Shown in pieces: positions 27,625 to 38,314 of a DNA stretch of 64,000 nucleotides. A model generated the notes under the pieces. It was not told where the DNA came from, ran no database searches, and was given only the letters and a program-made list of their open reading frames with translations. How positions within the stretch are numbered: the stretch's first letter is position 1; every line of letters starts with the position of its first letter. This stretch comes from Pseudomonadota bacterium (GTDB lineage: Bacteria; Myxococcota_A; UBA796; SXON01): positions 4,427 through 68,426 of the forward strand of contig JBDLRI010000098.1 in NCBI GenBank assembly GCA_039800105.1, in the 5' to 3' direction. The position numbers were made by a program, and so were the translations under genes.

Positions 27625-28545
27625 CTACGCGGACCCGGCGGACCGGGGCGTCGCGGGCACGCCGCGGGAGTCTCCGCCCGACCGCAGCCGCGAAGGGTCG
27701 CCCCCAGGCACCGCCCCGGACTCCGACGGAGACGCGGGCTCCGCGACGTCCTCGGGCCCCTCGGGCGGGGTCTCGACGCGGACCCAGGACGCGCCTGCGG
27801 ACGGTTCGGCGTCCAGCGGCCTCACGTGGCGCTCGTGGGGATGGTAGCCGGTCTTGTAGCGAAGGGCGCTGCAGCCGCCGACCCAGAGGCCCAGGTAGTA
27901 CCAGCGCATGCCGAGCGATCGGCACAGTTCCATCTCCTTCATGACCGAGTACACGCCGAGGCCGAGGCGGGCGTGCTCGGGGTCGAAGTAGTGGTAGGCC
28001 GAGTTCGCGGACGTCCGGCCGAGGTCGAGCAGACTCACCGCGACGAGTCGCTCGCCGAGCAGGTAGCGGACTTCGACGGTGGGCGCGCAGCTGCGCACCA
28101 GCCAGTCCTCGTAGCCCACCGGATCCCGGCGGGAGGTCTCGCGAAGGAGGCCGCGCTCACGCCGGTGGCGATTCCACAGGGACACGCGGCGACGTGTCAG
28201 CTCGGGCGTCCCCAGCTCCACGCGGACGACGCCCTCGTTGCGGACCCAGGTGCGGCGCTGCGCGCGGGTCGGCCGGAAGGCGTCCATGTCGATCCGGACG
28301 GGCTCGCAGGCGTTGCAGGCCGGACACTCCGGCCGGAACACGGTGCGGCCGACGCGCTGATCGCCCTGCTCGAGGGCCAGGTCCAGCTGTTCCGGCGTGA
28401 GCGCCTCCAGCGGAGAACGGGCCGGACACCGCGCGATCTCGCCGGGAAGGTAGACGCACTCCTCGAGCCGGTCCTGAAGGACCCGTGCCGGGGGCAAGGC
28501 ATGCACGAGAGGCTCGCCGCGCATACCGCTCCCTACCACGTTCAC
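27625..28545 (-). CDS. bpt: Arginyl/leucyl-tRNA--protein transferase family (Bpt-like Asp/Glu leucyltransferase)
   Basis: 306 aa. Has CPACNACEPVRI, YHYFDPE, YYLGLWV and RYKTGYHPHE (ATE_N/ATE_C pattern). GTG 28545 overlaps the upstream stop (GTGA). The alternative start is ATG 28524. Long low-complexity C-terminal tail. Confidence 0.8.
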   Translation of the reverse strand: MNVVGSGMRGEPLVHALPPARVLQDRLEECVYLPGEIARCPARSPLEALTPEQLDLALEQGDQRVGRTVFRPECPACNACEPVRIDMDAFRPTRAQRRTWVRNEGVVRVELGTPELTRRRVSLWNRHRRERGLLRETSRRDPVGYEDWLVRSCAPTVEVRYLLGERLVAVSLLDLGRTSANSAYHYFDPEHARLGLGVYSVMKEMELCRSLGMRWYYLGLWVGGCSALRYKTGYHPHERHVRPLDAEPSAGASWVRVETPPEGPEDVAEPASPSESGAVPGGDPSRLRSGGDSRGVPATPRSAGSA

Positions 28546-28997
28546 GCGGGGCGCGCGGACGGCTTGTGCACGTTGTAGACGCCCTTGCCTTCGGCGATCA
28601 GGGCGTCGCGATCGCCATGATGCACGAGGACGCGTGAGACCCCCACGCGGTTGCCCACCCGCACCACCTCGGCCTCGGCGACCAGGTCCTCCATCCGGGC
28701 GGGGGCGTAGTAGTCCACGCGCAGGTCGACGGTGCTGACGCGCGCCTCGATGCGACCCACCGCGCCGTAGACGGCAAGTCCACCCGCCGTGTCCGCCAGC
28801 GCGCTGGTGACGCCGCCGTGCAGCGCCGGCCGGAACGGGTCACCCACGAGCTCCGGGCGGAACGGGACACGGCAGACGCAGCGCCCCTCCCCGATGCTCT
28901 CCACGCGAAGGCCGAGCCACCGGTTGAACGCCACCTCGCGCTCGAAGAAGTCGGCGATGCGACGGATGTCCTCCGGGCGTACCGGCCCGTGGCTCAT
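28542..28997 (-). CDS. PaaI-type hotdog-fold thioesterase
   Basis: 151 aa. Has NRWLGLRVE...G.C.CRVPFRPEL....ALHGGVTSALADTAGG. Confidence 0.8.
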   Translation of the reverse strand: MSHGPVRPEDIRRIADFFEREVAFNRWLGLRVESIGEGRCVCRVPFRPELVGDPFRPALHGGVTSALADTAGGLAVYGAVGRIEARVSTVDLRVDYYAPARMEDLVAEAEVVRVGNRVGVSRVLVHHGDRDALIAEGKGVYNVHKPSARPA

Positions 28998-30457
28998 GGG
29001 GGATCCACCACCCGGTGCGGTCCCAGTCCCGCCTGGGTGATCGCCGGCTCGACGACGGACGGGTCCCCGACGAGCACCAGCACGCCCCGCGCGGGATCGT
29101 AGGCCTGCATCGCGGTCCGGACCGCCTCTGCGCCGACCGAGGCGCCGGACTGGAGCGCGCGGTCCAGCTCGCCGGGCGGAAGCCGCGCGACGTGCAGCTC
29201 CGCGAAGAGCTGCGCGATGCTCTCCCGGCCCTCCAGCGCCTCCACGAGATCCTGACGGTACGACGCGCGCGCCTTGCGCAGCTCCTCGGAGGTGATGCCC
29301 TTGCGGATGCCCGCGAGCTCGCCGACGAGATCGACGAGCGCCGGGCCGGTCGCGTCGGCCCGCACGCGCGTGGTGATCGCCAATGCGCCGCCGCCCGGGA
29401 GCGACAGGGGCGCCGCCCGCACGCCGTAGGTGTAGCCTCGCTTCTCGCGGAGCAGCGCGTTGAGGCGCGAGGTGAAGGTGCCGCCGAGGACGACGGTGCC
29501 GATTCGCGCGGCGTCGGCCTCGGGCGCCCCGAGCGCGTGCCCGGGGAAGTACCAGGCGATCATGGTCTGCGCGGCGCCGGGCTTCGGCACGACGAGGGTC
29601 CGGATGGCCTCCGGGGTCGGCGGCGGCACCGCGGGGCGCGGACGTGTGCCCACGGCCCAGGGCGAACCGAGGCGCGGTTCGAGCAGGGCCACGATCTCCT
29701 CGCGGGCGACGTCACCGGCCACGGTGACCGTGGCGCCGTCGGCGTTCCAGGATTGCTTCCATCGGCCGCGCACGCTGGCCGCGTCCGCCGTCGAGAGACC
29801 GGACACCGTCCCGTCCGTGGGCCGGCCGTAGGGATGCGTGGCCCCGAAGGCGGCCGACCAGACGGTGCGCGTCGCGACGGAGACCGGCTCGTCGCGGTCG
29901 GCCACCAGTGCCGAGACGGCGAGCCCGCGCTCCCGGGCCACGTCCTTCCTGCCGAAGGCCGGGCGCAGGATCATGTCCGCGACACGGTCGAGCGCCTCCG
30001 GCAGGCTGGACTTCCGGACGGTGAGGGTCAGGGTCGAGGCACTCCGCCCCGTCTCGACCTCGACCGTGGCGCCGAGCCGCTCGAGCGCCGCGGTGAAGGC
30101 GGCGGCGTCCAGCGCGCCCGCCCCCTGCGTGAGCATGCGATCCGTGAGCCACTGGAGGCCCTCTCCGCCGGACGCGTCGAGCGACGAGCCGCCGGGAACC
30201 GCGACGACGACCGACACGAGCGGAAGGGACGGCCGAGGGACCACCCAGACGTCCACACCGTTGGAAAGCCGGGCCACCTCGGGCGTCGGCGCAGAGAACG
30301 GCGCCGCGGGGCGCACGGCCGGACGATCCGGAAACGCGGGCGCCTCGACGGGCAACGGGGGGGGCGTTGCGGAGGGGGTGCCCCCCTCCGCCCCGGAGGC
30401 CGGACCCAACGCAGGTTCGGCGTGGACGAGCGACGCGAGCAGGACGAGCAGGATCAC
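28994..30457 (-). CDS. M16-family peptidase subunit lacking the HxxEH motif (likely non-catalytic partner), secreted
   Basis: 487 aa. GTG start with a GTGA overlap. Signal-like N-terminus [14 protein letters not shown]16 C-terminal-type domains, but no HxxEH seen. Repeat copy 4 follows directly after the signal peptide (SGAEGGTPSATPPP). Confidence 0.8.
   Translation of the reverse strand: MILLVLLASLVHAEPALGPASGAEGGTPSATPPPLPVEAPAFPDRPAVRPAAPFSAPTPEVARLSNGVDVWVVPRPSLPLVSVVVAVPGGSSLDASGGEGLQWLTDRMLTQGAGALDAAAFTAALERLGATVEVETGRSASTLTLTVRKSSLPEALDRVADMILRPAFGRKDVARERGLAVSALVADRDEPVSVATRTVWSAAFGATHPYGRPTDGTVSGLSTADAASVRGRWKQSWNADGATVTVAGDVAREEIVALLEPRLGSPWAVGTRPRPAVPPPTPEAIRTLVVPKPGAAQTMIAWYFPGHALGAPEADAARIGTVVLGGTFTSRLNALLREKRGYTYGVRAAPLSLPGGGALAITTRVRADATGPALVDLVGELAGIRKGITSEELRKARASYRQDLVEALEGRESIAQLFAELHVARLPPGELDRALQSGASVGAEAVRTAMQAYDPARGVLVLVGDPSVVEPAITQAGLGPHRVVDPP
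30357..30395 (-). repeat. GC-rich hairpin repeat, copy 4 (GGAGGGGG/CCCCCTCC subfamily)
   Basis: + strand is GGGGGGGGCGTTGCGGAGGGGGTGCCCCCCTCCGCCCCG. Lies inside the M16 partner CDS. Confidence 0.9.
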
Positions 30458-31782
30458 GGCTTGGACTCCTTGCCGGCGGCCGGCTTCGCCTCGGGCAGGA
30501 CCACGATCCGCGCGGCGTCGTCGGGAACGAGGTAGGTCGCGGTGACGCGCGAGAGCTGCGCGGCGTCGACCTCTCGGAAACGGGCCAGGTCCTTGGAGAG
30601 GAACCCCGGGTCGCCCGTGTAGGCCCAGTACTGGTTGAGCCGCGTGGCGCGCGCCAGCAGCCCCTCCAGCTCCGCCAACAGTCCCAGCTCGAACTGCGCC
30701 TGCACGCGGGACAGCTCCTCCGCGGAGGGTGGCGTGTCCGCGAGCGCCTCGACCTCGGACCGGAGCGCGCGCTCGAGACGCGGCAGCGGCACGCCGTCCA
30801 TCGCGGTGGCGGTGATGACGAAGGCGCTGCCGAGCTGGGTCGGCATCTGCTGCACCTCGACCTCCTGCGCGAGCCCCGTGGCGACGAGCGCGCGGTACAG
30901 GCGGCTGCTCTCCCCGTCGCCGAGCAGGGACGCCACGAGCTGGAGCGCCGCGTCATCCGCCGAGAACGCGGCGGGCGTGTGCCACACGTAGTCGACCTGC
31001 GGGAACTGCACGTCGTCCTTGAGCTCCACGGACGCCTGCTGGACCCGCGTGACCGGGAGGACCGCGGGGCGCGTCGGGAGCGTGCGCGCGGGAATCGCCC
31101 CGAAATAGCGCGCGATCATGGGCTTCACCGCTTCCGGGTCGAAGTCGCCGGCGACCACCAACGACGCGTTGTTCGGCACGTACCAGGTGGCGAAGAAGTC
31201 CTTCACGTCCGCCACGCTGGCGTTCTGGAGGTCCTCGTGCGTCCCGATCACCGTGTGCGCGTACGGGTGGCCCTTCGGGTAGAGCAGCTCGGGCATGGCG
31301 AGCCACGCGACGCCGTAGGGCTGGTCCTCGTAGGACTGCCGACGCTCGTTGCGCACCACGTCACGCTGCAGATCGAGCTTATCGCGGGTCATGGCCCGTC
31401 CGAGGCCGTCCATGCGGTCGGCCTCCATCCACAGGAAAGTCTCCAGCAGGTTCGGGGGACCGCTCTCGTGGTAGTTCGTGGCGTCCTCCATGGTCCACGC
31501 GTTGTTGGAGCCGCCGTAGGCCTCCATCACCGCGTCGAACCCGTTGCCCGGGAGGCGCTCGGTGCCCATGAACATGAGGTGCTCGAAGAGGTGCGCGAAG
31601 CCCGAGCGTCCGGGTGCCTCGTCCTTGGACCCGACCCGGTACCAGACGTCCACGACGACCTGGGGCAGCGAACGGTCGGGGTGAAGCACCACCTGGAGCC
31701 CGTTGGGGAGCGCGTAGTGCTGGAAGGAAATCGCCTCCCCGGCGCGGGCGCCCGCGACGAGGGCCAGCAGCGCCGCGATCAC
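30454..31782 (-). CDS. M16-family zinc metallopeptidase (pitrilysin-like), secreted
   Basis: GTG start at 31782 (GTGA overlap with the trxB stop), [14 protein letters not shown]. Zinc motif [13 protein letters not shown] (HxxEH), with the downstream E in [11 protein letters not shown]. Confidence 0.85.
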   Translation of the reverse strand: MIAALLALVAGARAGEAISFQHYALPNGLQVVLHPDRSLPQVVVDVWYRVGSKDEAPGRSGFAHLFEHLMFMGTERLPGNGFDAVMEAYGGSNNAWTMEDATNYHESGPPNLLETFLWMEADRMDGLGRAMTRDKLDLQRDVVRNERRQSYEDQPYGVAWLAMPELLYPKGHPYAHTVIGTHEDLQNASVADVKDFFATWYVPNNASLVVAGDFDPEAVKPMIARYFGAIPARTLPTRPAVLPVTRVQQASVELKDDVQFPQVDYVWHTPAAFSADDAALQLVASLLGDGESSRLYRALVATGLAQEVEVQQMPTQLGSAFVITATAMDGVPLPRLERALRSEVEALADTPPSAEELSRVQAQFELGLLAELEGLLARATRLNQYWAYTGDPGFLSKDLARFREVDAAQLSRVTATYLVPDDAARIVVLPEAKPAAGKESKP

Positions 31783-32735
31783 GCGTGACCCCCGCCGTGC
31801 GCCTGGTCCTCGAGCCAGCGCTCGGCCTCGATCGCCGCCGCGCACCCACTGCCGGCCGCGGTGATCGCCTGCCGGTAGACGTGGTCCTGCGCGTCCCCGC
31901 ACGCGAAGACGCCCGGCACGTTGGTCGCGGTGCGGCCGGGCTTCGTGACGAGGTAGCCGATCTCGTCGTGGTCGATCCACGGCCGGAACGGCGCCGTGTT
32001 CGGCTGGTGGCCGATGCCAAGGAACATGCCGGTGACCGCCAGCTCGCGCTCGGCGCCGTCCCGCACGTCCCGCACGCGGACGCCGCGCACGGAGGTGTCG
32101 CCGAGGACCTCCACGACCTCGTGGTGCCAGAGGAAGGAGATCTTGGGGTTCGCCATCGCGCGGGCCTGCATGGCCTTGCTTGCACGGAGCGTGTCGCGCC
32201 GGTGGACGATGGTGACGCTGCGCGCGAACTTGGTGAGGAACGTCGCCTCCTCGAGCGCGGTGTCCCCGCCCCCGACGACCACGATGTCCTTGTCGCGGAA
32301 GAAGAAGCCGTCGCAGGTGGCGCAGGCGCTGACCCCGTGGCCGCGCAGGCGCGTCTCGCTCTCCAGCCCGAGGTACTTCGCGCTCGCGCCCGTCGCGATG
32401 ATGAGCACGTCGGTCGTCATCGTCTCACCATTGGCGGTGCTGAGGCGCAGCGGCCGGGTCGAGAGGTCGCACGCGGTGACCTCGTCGAACGCGAAGCGCG
32501 TGCCGAAGCGCTCGACCTGCGCGCGCATGCGCTCCATCAGCTCGGGCCCCATCACGCCCTCGGGGAAGCCGGGGAAGTTGTCGACCTCGGTGGTGATGGT
32601 GAGCTGGCCGCCCGGCTGCATGCCCTCGAGCACCAGCGGCGAGAGGTTGGCGCGCGCCGTGTACAGCGCGGCGGTGAGCCCGGCGGGACCGGAACCGAGG
32701 ATGACCACCTTCTCGTGACGCACGCGAACCTCCAC
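31779..32735 (-). CDS. trxB: Thioredoxin-disulfide reductase
   Basis: 318 aa. Has [14 protein letters not shown], redox-active [18 protein letters not shown] and GVFACGD. Confidence 0.95.
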   Translation of the reverse strand: MEVRVRHEKVVILGSGPAGLTAALYTARANLSPLVLEGMQPGGQLTITTEVDNFPGFPEGVMGPELMERMRAQVERFGTRFAFDEVTACDLSTRPLRLSTANGETMTTDVLIIATGASAKYLGLESETRLRGHGVSACATCDGFFFRDKDIVVVGGGDTALEEATFLTKFARSVTIVHRRDTLRASKAMQARAMANPKISFLWHHEVVEVLGDTSVRGVRVRDVRDGAERELAVTGMFLGIGHQPNTAPFRPWIDHDEIGYLVTKPGRTATNVPGVFACGDAQDHVYRQAITAAGSGCAAAIEAERWLEDQAHGGGHA

Positions 32736-32776
32736 GACGGCCGGTACTATCGCGCCGGCCGGGCTAGGGGAACGGG

Positions 32777-33811
32777 GTGGACGCCCTCCGTCGCACGCTG
32801 GAGCTGGAAGCGGCCCGCCACGGGTTCACCGACGTGCGCGTGGCCGCCGCCGGACCCGCGCCCGCCGCCGCCCGGTACGACGCGATGCTCCGCGAAGGGC
32901 GCCACGCCGGCATGACGTGGCTCGAAGCCCAGCGGGACGTGCGCCTGGATCCACGCCTTCACCGGGCGGGGGCACGTTCGGTCGTCGTGATGGCGTTCCG
33001 CTACGCCCAGGTGCAGCCGCCCGATCCCGGCGGGCTCACCGGCCGCGTGGCCAGCTACGCCTGGGGCCGCGACTACCACAACCTCGTCGGGTTGCGCCTG
33101 CGCGACCTCGCGCGGACGTTGGACGCCGCCCGGCCCGGCCTCGTGTGCTGGCACGGAATCGACAGTGGCCCGGCGTGGGAGCGTGGCTGGGCGGACGCCG
33201 CGGGGCTGGGGTTCGCCGGTCGCAACGGCATGATGATCCTGCCGGGCGACACGTCGTACTTCTTCCTCGCCACGCTCTTCCTGTCCGCCGAGGTGGAGAC
33301 GGACGCCCCCCTCCCGGAGCACTGCGGGCGCTGCCGGCGTTGCGTCGACGCCTGTCCGACCGGGGCGCTGCGCGGCGACGGCGCGATGGACGCGGCGCGG
33401 TGCATCTCGTACCTCACCATCGAGCACCGCGGCCCCATCGACCCTGCGTTCCATCCGCGCATGGGCCGGTGGGTGTTCGGGTGCGATGACTGCCAGGAGG
33501 CCTGTCCGCACGTGCGCAACGACCGGCGCACGGCGGACGTGCCGCAGGACTTCCTCGCGCGCCACGCCTGGCTTCCCCTCCCCGCACTGATCACCGCGGA
33601 CGACGACGCACTGCTCGCGGCCTTCGAGGGCACGCCGCTTCGCCGGGCCGGTCCCGCGCGGCTGCGCCGCAATGCCGCAATCGCGCTCGGCAACATCGGG
33701 TCCGTTGCCGCCCGGGACAGCCTCCACGCAGGTCTGCGAGAGGCACGCGCCCGCCACGACGAATCGCTCGCAGCGACCGTCACCGGGATTCTGGAACGCA
33801 CACCGGGATGA
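32777..33811 (+). CDS. queG: tRNA epoxyqueuosine(34) reductase
   Basis: 344 aa. Has [28 protein letters not shown] and [10 protein letters not shown] (two 4Fe-4S clusters), plus a C-terminal HEAT-like segment ([10 protein letters not shown]). Confidence 0.85.
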   Translation: MDALRRTLELEAARHGFTDVRVAAAGPAPAAARYDAMLREGRHAGMTWLEAQRDVRLDPRLHRAGARSVVVMAFRYAQVQPPDPGGLTGRVASYAWGRDYHNLVGLRLRDLARTLDAARPGLVCWHGIDSGPAWERGWADAAGLGFAGRNGMMILPGDTSYFFLATLFLSAEVETDAPLPEHCGRCRRCVDACPTGALRGDGAMDAARCISYLTIEHRGPIDPAFHPRMGRWVFGCDDCQEACPHVRNDRRTADVPQDFLARHAWLPLPALITADDDALLAAFEGTPLRRAGPARLRRNAAIALGNIGSVAARDSLHAGLREARARHDESLAATVTGILERTPG

Positions 33812-33815
33812 GCGG

Positions 33816-35894
33816 CTAGCCTGCGCGCGCCGCCTGCATCGCGTCGGCCAGCAGGACCTCCTGGGCCCGCACCGCCGGCTCGGTCCGTGCGACGCGGACG
33901 CTGCCGCCGTCGCCGGTCACGCGGCGCGCCTTCACGGAGTCCATGAGCTGCACGTCGACCATCGACTCGACCTGCGCCCGCAGGGCCCCGTCGAGGATGG
34001 GAAACGCCGTTTCCACGCGTCCGTCCAGATTGCGACCCATCCAGTCGGCGCTGCTGAGCCAGAACTCGGGCTCGCCGCCGTTGTCGAAGATCACGACACG
34101 GGCGTGCTCGAGGAAGCGATCCACCAGGCTGATGACACGGATCGTCTCGCTGATGCCGGGAACCCCGGGGCGGAGACAGCACACGCCCCGGATGACGAGG
34201 TCGATGCGGACGCCGGCCTGGCTGGCGGCGTACAGCTCCTGGATCATGTCCGGGTCGGCGAGCGCGTTGAGCTTGGCTCGGATTCGGGCCGGGCGACCGG
34301 CGCGCGCGTGCTCGGCCTCGCGGCGGATCCGCGCCACCAGCTCGGCGCGGAGGTCCAACGGCGCGACGAGAAGATGATTCATCGAAGGAGGCCGGACATA
34401 TCCGGTAAGAAAGTTGAACAGGTGCGTGAGGTCCTCTCCGAACCCTTCGCGGCAGGTGAACAGGGCCAGGTCGGTGTAGACGCGCGCGGTCTGGTGATTG
34501 TAGTTGCCCGTCGACAAGTGGGTGTAGCGCCGGATTCCGTCCGGCTCGCGCCGCACGACCAGCGTGGCCTTGCAGTGGGTCTTTTTGCCCACCAGCCCGT
34601 ACACGACGTGCGCGCCAGCCGCCTCCAGCTTGCGCGCCCATCCGATGTTGGCCTCCTCGTTGAACCGTGCGCGCAGTTCGACGAGGACCGCGACCTCCTT
34701 GCCGTTGCGCGCCGCGCGCAGGAGGGCGCGGGCGATCGGAGAGTCCGTGCTCATGCGGTACAGCGTCATCTTGATGGCGAGGACGTCAGGGTCCTCCGCG
34801 GCCTGGCGCACGAAGCGATGGACGTAGTCGAAGTCCTGGTACGGATGGTGGACGAGGACGTCCCCCGCACGGATGGCGGCGAAGATGTCGGGCGTGGCCT
34901 CCAGCGCGGGCACGGGCTGCGGCACGTGGGGCGGGAACTTGAGGTGCGGCACGTCGACGGCGGCGCAGAGCTGCACGAGATCGGTGAGCGCCGTCATGCC
35001 GTCGGTGGGGAACAGGTCGGCGGGGTCCAGCTCGAGCGCGCGCACGAGGATCTGCAGCTGCTCGTCGGGCAGACCGCGTTCGTACTGCAGCCGCACCGCC
35101 GCACCCATGCGCCGATTGCGCACGGCCTCCTCGATGGTGGACAGCAGGTCGTCCGCCGTGTCCGGTTGAAAATCGAGCTCCGCGTCGCGGGTCACGCGGA
35201 TCGCGCGGGCGCTCTTCACGCGGGCGCCCGCGAAGAGGGTCTCGAGGTGCATCCGGATGACGTCCTCGAGCAGGACGAACGCGTGCACCCCCTCGTCCGC
35301 GGGGACCTGGATGAACCGCGGCAACCGCCCGGCAGGGAGGTGCAGGATGCACTGGCGGGGCACGGGCAGGTCGCTCGGCCGGCCGCCCGGCTCGAGCTGC
35401 ACGAAGAGACCGAGGGCGCGGTTGGCGAGCCACGGGAACGGATGCGCGGGGTCGATCGCCACCGGTGTCAGCACCGGCAGGATCTCCGCGCGGAACACGG
35501 CCGCGAGATGGTCCCGCTGCGCGCCCGAGAGGTCGCGCGGGCGGAGCACCCGCACGCCGTGCTCCGCCAGCTCGGGAAGGAGCGCGCGGAGCGTGCGGTG
35601 CTGCAAGGCGACGAGCGCGTGCACGCGGGCACTGACCAGCTCCAGCACGCGACGCGGCGACAGGCCATCGGGCCCCGGCACGGTGACGCCGGCGTCGATC
35701 TGGCGCCAGATCCCGGCGTACCGGACCATGAAGAACTCGTCGAGATTGCTGCTGAAGATGCCCAGGAAGCGCACGCGCTCCAGGAGCGGCACGGTGGGGT
35801 CCTGCGCTTCCTCCAGCACACGACCGTTGAACGCGAGCCACGAGAGCTCGCGGTTCACCAGGAGGGGGACGGGTTCGGCGGCGGGAGAAAGCAC
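33816..35894 (-). CDS. ppk1: Polyphosphate kinase 1
   Basis: 692 aa. Has NRELSWLAFNGRVLEEA and LDEFFMVR, plus two PLD-like domains, with THCKATLVVR and TGNYN. Confidence 0.95.
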   Translation of the reverse strand: MLSPAAEPVPLLVNRELSWLAFNGRVLEEAQDPTVPLLERVRFLGIFSSNLDEFFMVRYAGIWRQIDAGVTVPGPDGLSPRRVLELVSARVHALVALQHRTLRALLPELAEHGVRVLRPRDLSGAQRDHLAAVFRAEILPVLTPVAIDPAHPFPWLANRALGLFVQLEPGGRPSDLPVPRQCILHLPAGRLPRFIQVPADEGVHAFVLLEDVIRMHLETLFAGARVKSARAIRVTRDAELDFQPDTADDLLSTIEEAVRNRRMGAAVRLQYERGLPDEQLQILVRALELDPADLFPTDGMTALTDLVQLCAAVDVPHLKFPPHVPQPVPALEATPDIFAAIRAGDVLVHHPYQDFDYVHRFVRQAAEDPDVLAIKMTLYRMSTDSPIARALLRAARNGKEVAVLVELRARFNEEANIGWARKLEAAGAHVVYGLVGKKTHCKATLVVRREPDGIRRYTHLSTGNYNHQTARVYTDLALFTCREGFGEDLTHLFNFLTGYVRPPSMNHLLVAPLDLRAELVARIRREAEHARAGRPARIRAKLNALADPDMIQELYAASQAGVRIDLVIRGVCCLRPGVPGISETIRVISLVDRFLEHARVVIFDNGGEPEFWLSSADWMGRNLDGRVETAFPILDGALRAQVESMVDVQLMDSVKARRVTGDGGSVRVARTEPAVRAQEVLLADAMQAARAG

Positions 35895-35906
35895 GCGACG
35901 GGTCTA

Positions 35907-36563
35907 TCAGGCTTCCGCGACAACGCCCCCTCGACCCTCGGCGGCCAGCGTCAGCACGGCCTCCTCGACCTGGTGCGCACGCGTCAGCGGGCTGTCCTGG
36001 GCGAGGAAGCGCTGGCGGGCGTCCTCGTCGCGAAGCACGAGCGTCGCCACGGCCTCGGCGAGTCGCCCGTCGGGAACCATGCGGAGTGCCCGCGTGAGGC
36101 CCGCGGTCGACGCCCCCATCGCCCCGAGCATGGGCAGCACGAGCGCCCGGACACGTGCGCCCACCGCACCGAGAGCCGCCGCATCCACGGGAAGATCGTC
36201 GAGCGGCACTGCCCGGACCGCACGGTAGGGCGTGTCGACGTCCCGTTCCTCGACGATGCGCACCCGGGCGACCGGCTGCACGAGGATGTTGGAGCGCCCG
36301 TCCTGCAAGGGCTGATGCGCCGCGAGCACACCCACCACGGCGTACGGGTGCACTGCGGGCGGGCCTGCGCCGTCGTCGCGGCGAACCGACACGAGCTGCG
36401 GCACGCAAAGCGGTGTCTGATCGCGCACGCAGTCCGCCACGAGCTGGCGGTAGCGTGGCTCGAAGACGTGCAGCGGAAGCAGCGCGCCGGGCATCAGCTG
36501 CACGCCGGGCAGCGGGAAGATGGGGAGGGTTGCGCAGGCGCGGGCGAGCGCGACACGGTCCAT
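35907..36563 (-). CDS. LON N-terminal (substrate-binding, PUA-like) domain protein
   Basis: Start at ATG 36563 (MDRVAL). LPIFPLPGVQLMPGALLPLHVFEPRYRQLV is the canonical LON_substr_bdg opening. About 218 aa. No ATPase or protease domain. Confidence 0.75.
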   Translation of the reverse strand: MDRVALARACATLPIFPLPGVQLMPGALLPLHVFEPRYRQLVADCVRDQTPLCVPQLVSVRRDDGAGPPAVHPYAVVGVLAAHQPLQDGRSNILVQPVARVRIVEERDVDTPYRAVRAVPLDDLPVDAAALGAVGARVRALVLPMLGAMGASTAGLTRALRMVPDGRLAEAVATLVLRDEDARQRFLAQDSPLTRAHQVEEAVLTLAAEGRGGVVAEA

Positions 36564-36654
36564 GGGCGTTCTCCGAGGGGATTGCGGGGATACGTTCTCC
36601 CAAACGGTAGACACGGTGCTCATCCACGTCCATGCCGGCGGCGAACGACGCGCC

Positions 36655-38295
36655 ATGTCCCTCGCGGAGTTCGAGGAGGAGGTATGCGCGGGCACCATCG
36701 GCCCGGAGACGCCCGTGGACGCAGGCGCCGAGGTACTCCCCGCGCGGGAGCTCGCCGCCTGGCGCGCCGCCTGGGACAGCCCTGCCGCACGCGTGCGCCG
36801 CGCACTCGCGAACCCGGCGGTCCCCTGGGCCACGGCGCTCGTCGTCGGCATCCCGTGGCGCATCCACGCGTGGGTGATCGGCCGCGGACGTGAGGCGTGG
36901 GAGACGGCGCTGGTGAAGCTCCCCGCCGCCATCACCGAACGCGGGGAGGCCTGGCGGGTGGTGTCCTACGCGCTGCTGCACGGGGACGTGGGACATGCGC
37001 TCAGCAACCTCCTCTTCCTGGCGCTGTGCGGGGTCGTGCTGGAGACCATCGTGGGGCCGTGGGCCCTGCTCGGGCTGTTCACGGTGAGCGTGGCGGCCGG
37101 CGGACTGCTCTCGACGCTCGGCAGCGACACCCCGGCACTCGGCGCCTCGGCCGCCGATTTCGGCTTCCTCGCGGCGACCGCGATCGCCGGGTGGCGGTAC
37201 GGCGATCTCGCGCCACGCCGGCTGCGGCCGCTGCTCGGCGGAATCATGGCGGTGTACCTCATCCAGGCGCTCTGGAACGGGCTTCACGACACGCACGTGG
37301 ACAACCTCGCGCACCTGGGCGGCGCGTTGGCGGGCGGCGCGCTCATGGCGGCGCTGCGTCCCGCGGCGCTGCCGGAATGGCGTCGCCGGAACCGGGTCGC
37401 GGTCGCGACGGCGCTCGCGGTGTGCGCCGTGACGACGTGGGCCGTGGTGCGCTGGCCCACGCCGCGGGTGGCGGTCGACGAGGACGGCCTCGTCGCGGAG
37501 CGTCCGGCCCGGTGGGGCGTGGGCTACGCGCCGAGCGGCGCACGCGCCTGGGCCTCCCCGCTCGGGGATGCGTGGATGGTCGTGACCACGCGCGACGCCG
37601 GACGTCTCCCCACGCCGGACGAGGACCTCGTGCAGGAGACGCTGCGCCCGTTCAAGGACGCGCGCGTCACGACGTCGACCGGCCGCGCGGATTCACCGGA
37701 GGGCGTGCGCGTCGTGGCCCGCTACACGCGGCGCGACGGCCCGCGGCGGCTGGTGCTGCGCGCGTGGACGCGCGGGCACCTGCGGCACGAGGTCTCGCTC
37801 GACCTGCCGGCCGACGACTCGCACCGGGCCCATCTCGCCGCCCTGGTGGACGCCGCGCGGCTGGTGCCGCCGGACGCGGTGACCGAGGCCGCCACGGCGC
37901 CGGACACCGCGCGCGGGGACGTGGCGCGCGCGCGGGCCGCGTCGAACGCCGGCGACCTCCCGGCCGCGGTGCGGTCCCTCGATGCGGCGCGCACCCGGGC
38001 GCCGGGCGACGTGGTCGCGTGGGTCGCCACCCTCGAGGTGCTCGGCGAATGGCGGGATCCCCGGGCACTGGCGATGGCGGACGACGCGATCGCGCGGTTC
38101 CCCGACGACCGACGCGTGACGGTGGCGGCCACATCCGCGCTGCACGCGCTGGGCCACGCCGACCGCGCCGCCACGCTGCTCCGGGAGGCCTGGGCCGCGC
38201 ACACGGGCGACGCCGACCTCGCGGCGGCCGCGGAGGCGCTGGACGTCGACCTCGCCCGGACGGGGGCGTTGCGGGGGATGTCCCCCGCCCCATGA
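36655..38295 (+). CDS. Rhomboid-family intramembrane serine protease fused to a TPR-like C-terminal region
   Basis: Start at ATG 36655 (MSLAEFEEE). Has WRVVSYALLHGDVGHALSNLLFL, GASAADFG (GxSxxxF catalytic Ser) and AHLGGALAG (catalytic His). Ends with repeat copy 5 (GALRGMSPAP-stop). Confidence 0.75.
   Translation: MSLAEFEEEVCAGTIGPETPVDAGAEVLPARELAAWRAAWDSPAARVRRALANPAVPWATALVVGIPWRIHAWVIGRGREAWETALVKLPAAITERGEAWRVVSYALLHGDVGHALSNLLFLALCGVVLETIVGPWALLGLFTVSVAAGGLLSTLGSDTPALGASAADFGFLAATAIAGWRYGDLAPRRLRPLLGGIMAVYLIQALWNGLHDTHVDNLAHLGGALAGGALMAALRPAALPEWRRRNRVAVATALAVCAVTTWAVVRWPTPRVAVDEDGLVAERPARWGVGYAPSGARAWASPLGDAWMVVTTRDAGRLPTPDEDLVQETLRPFKDARVTTSTGRADSPEGVRVVARYTRRDGPRRLVLRAWTRGHLRHEVSLDLPADDSHRAHLAALVDAARLVPPDAVTEAATAPDTARGDVARARAASNAGDLPAAVRSLDAARTRAPGDVVAWVATLEVLGEWRDPRALAMADDAIARFPDDRRVTVAATSALHALGHADRAATLLREAWAAHTGDADLAAAAEALDVDLARTGALRGMSPAP
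38262..38292 (-). repeat. GC-rich hairpin repeat, copy 5
   Basis: + strand is GGGGGCGTTGCGGGGGATGTCCCCCGCCCCA, overlapping the TGA of the rhomboid gene by one base. Confidence 0.9.
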
Positions 38296-38314
38296 CACGA
38301 CGAAGAAGCGCCGG

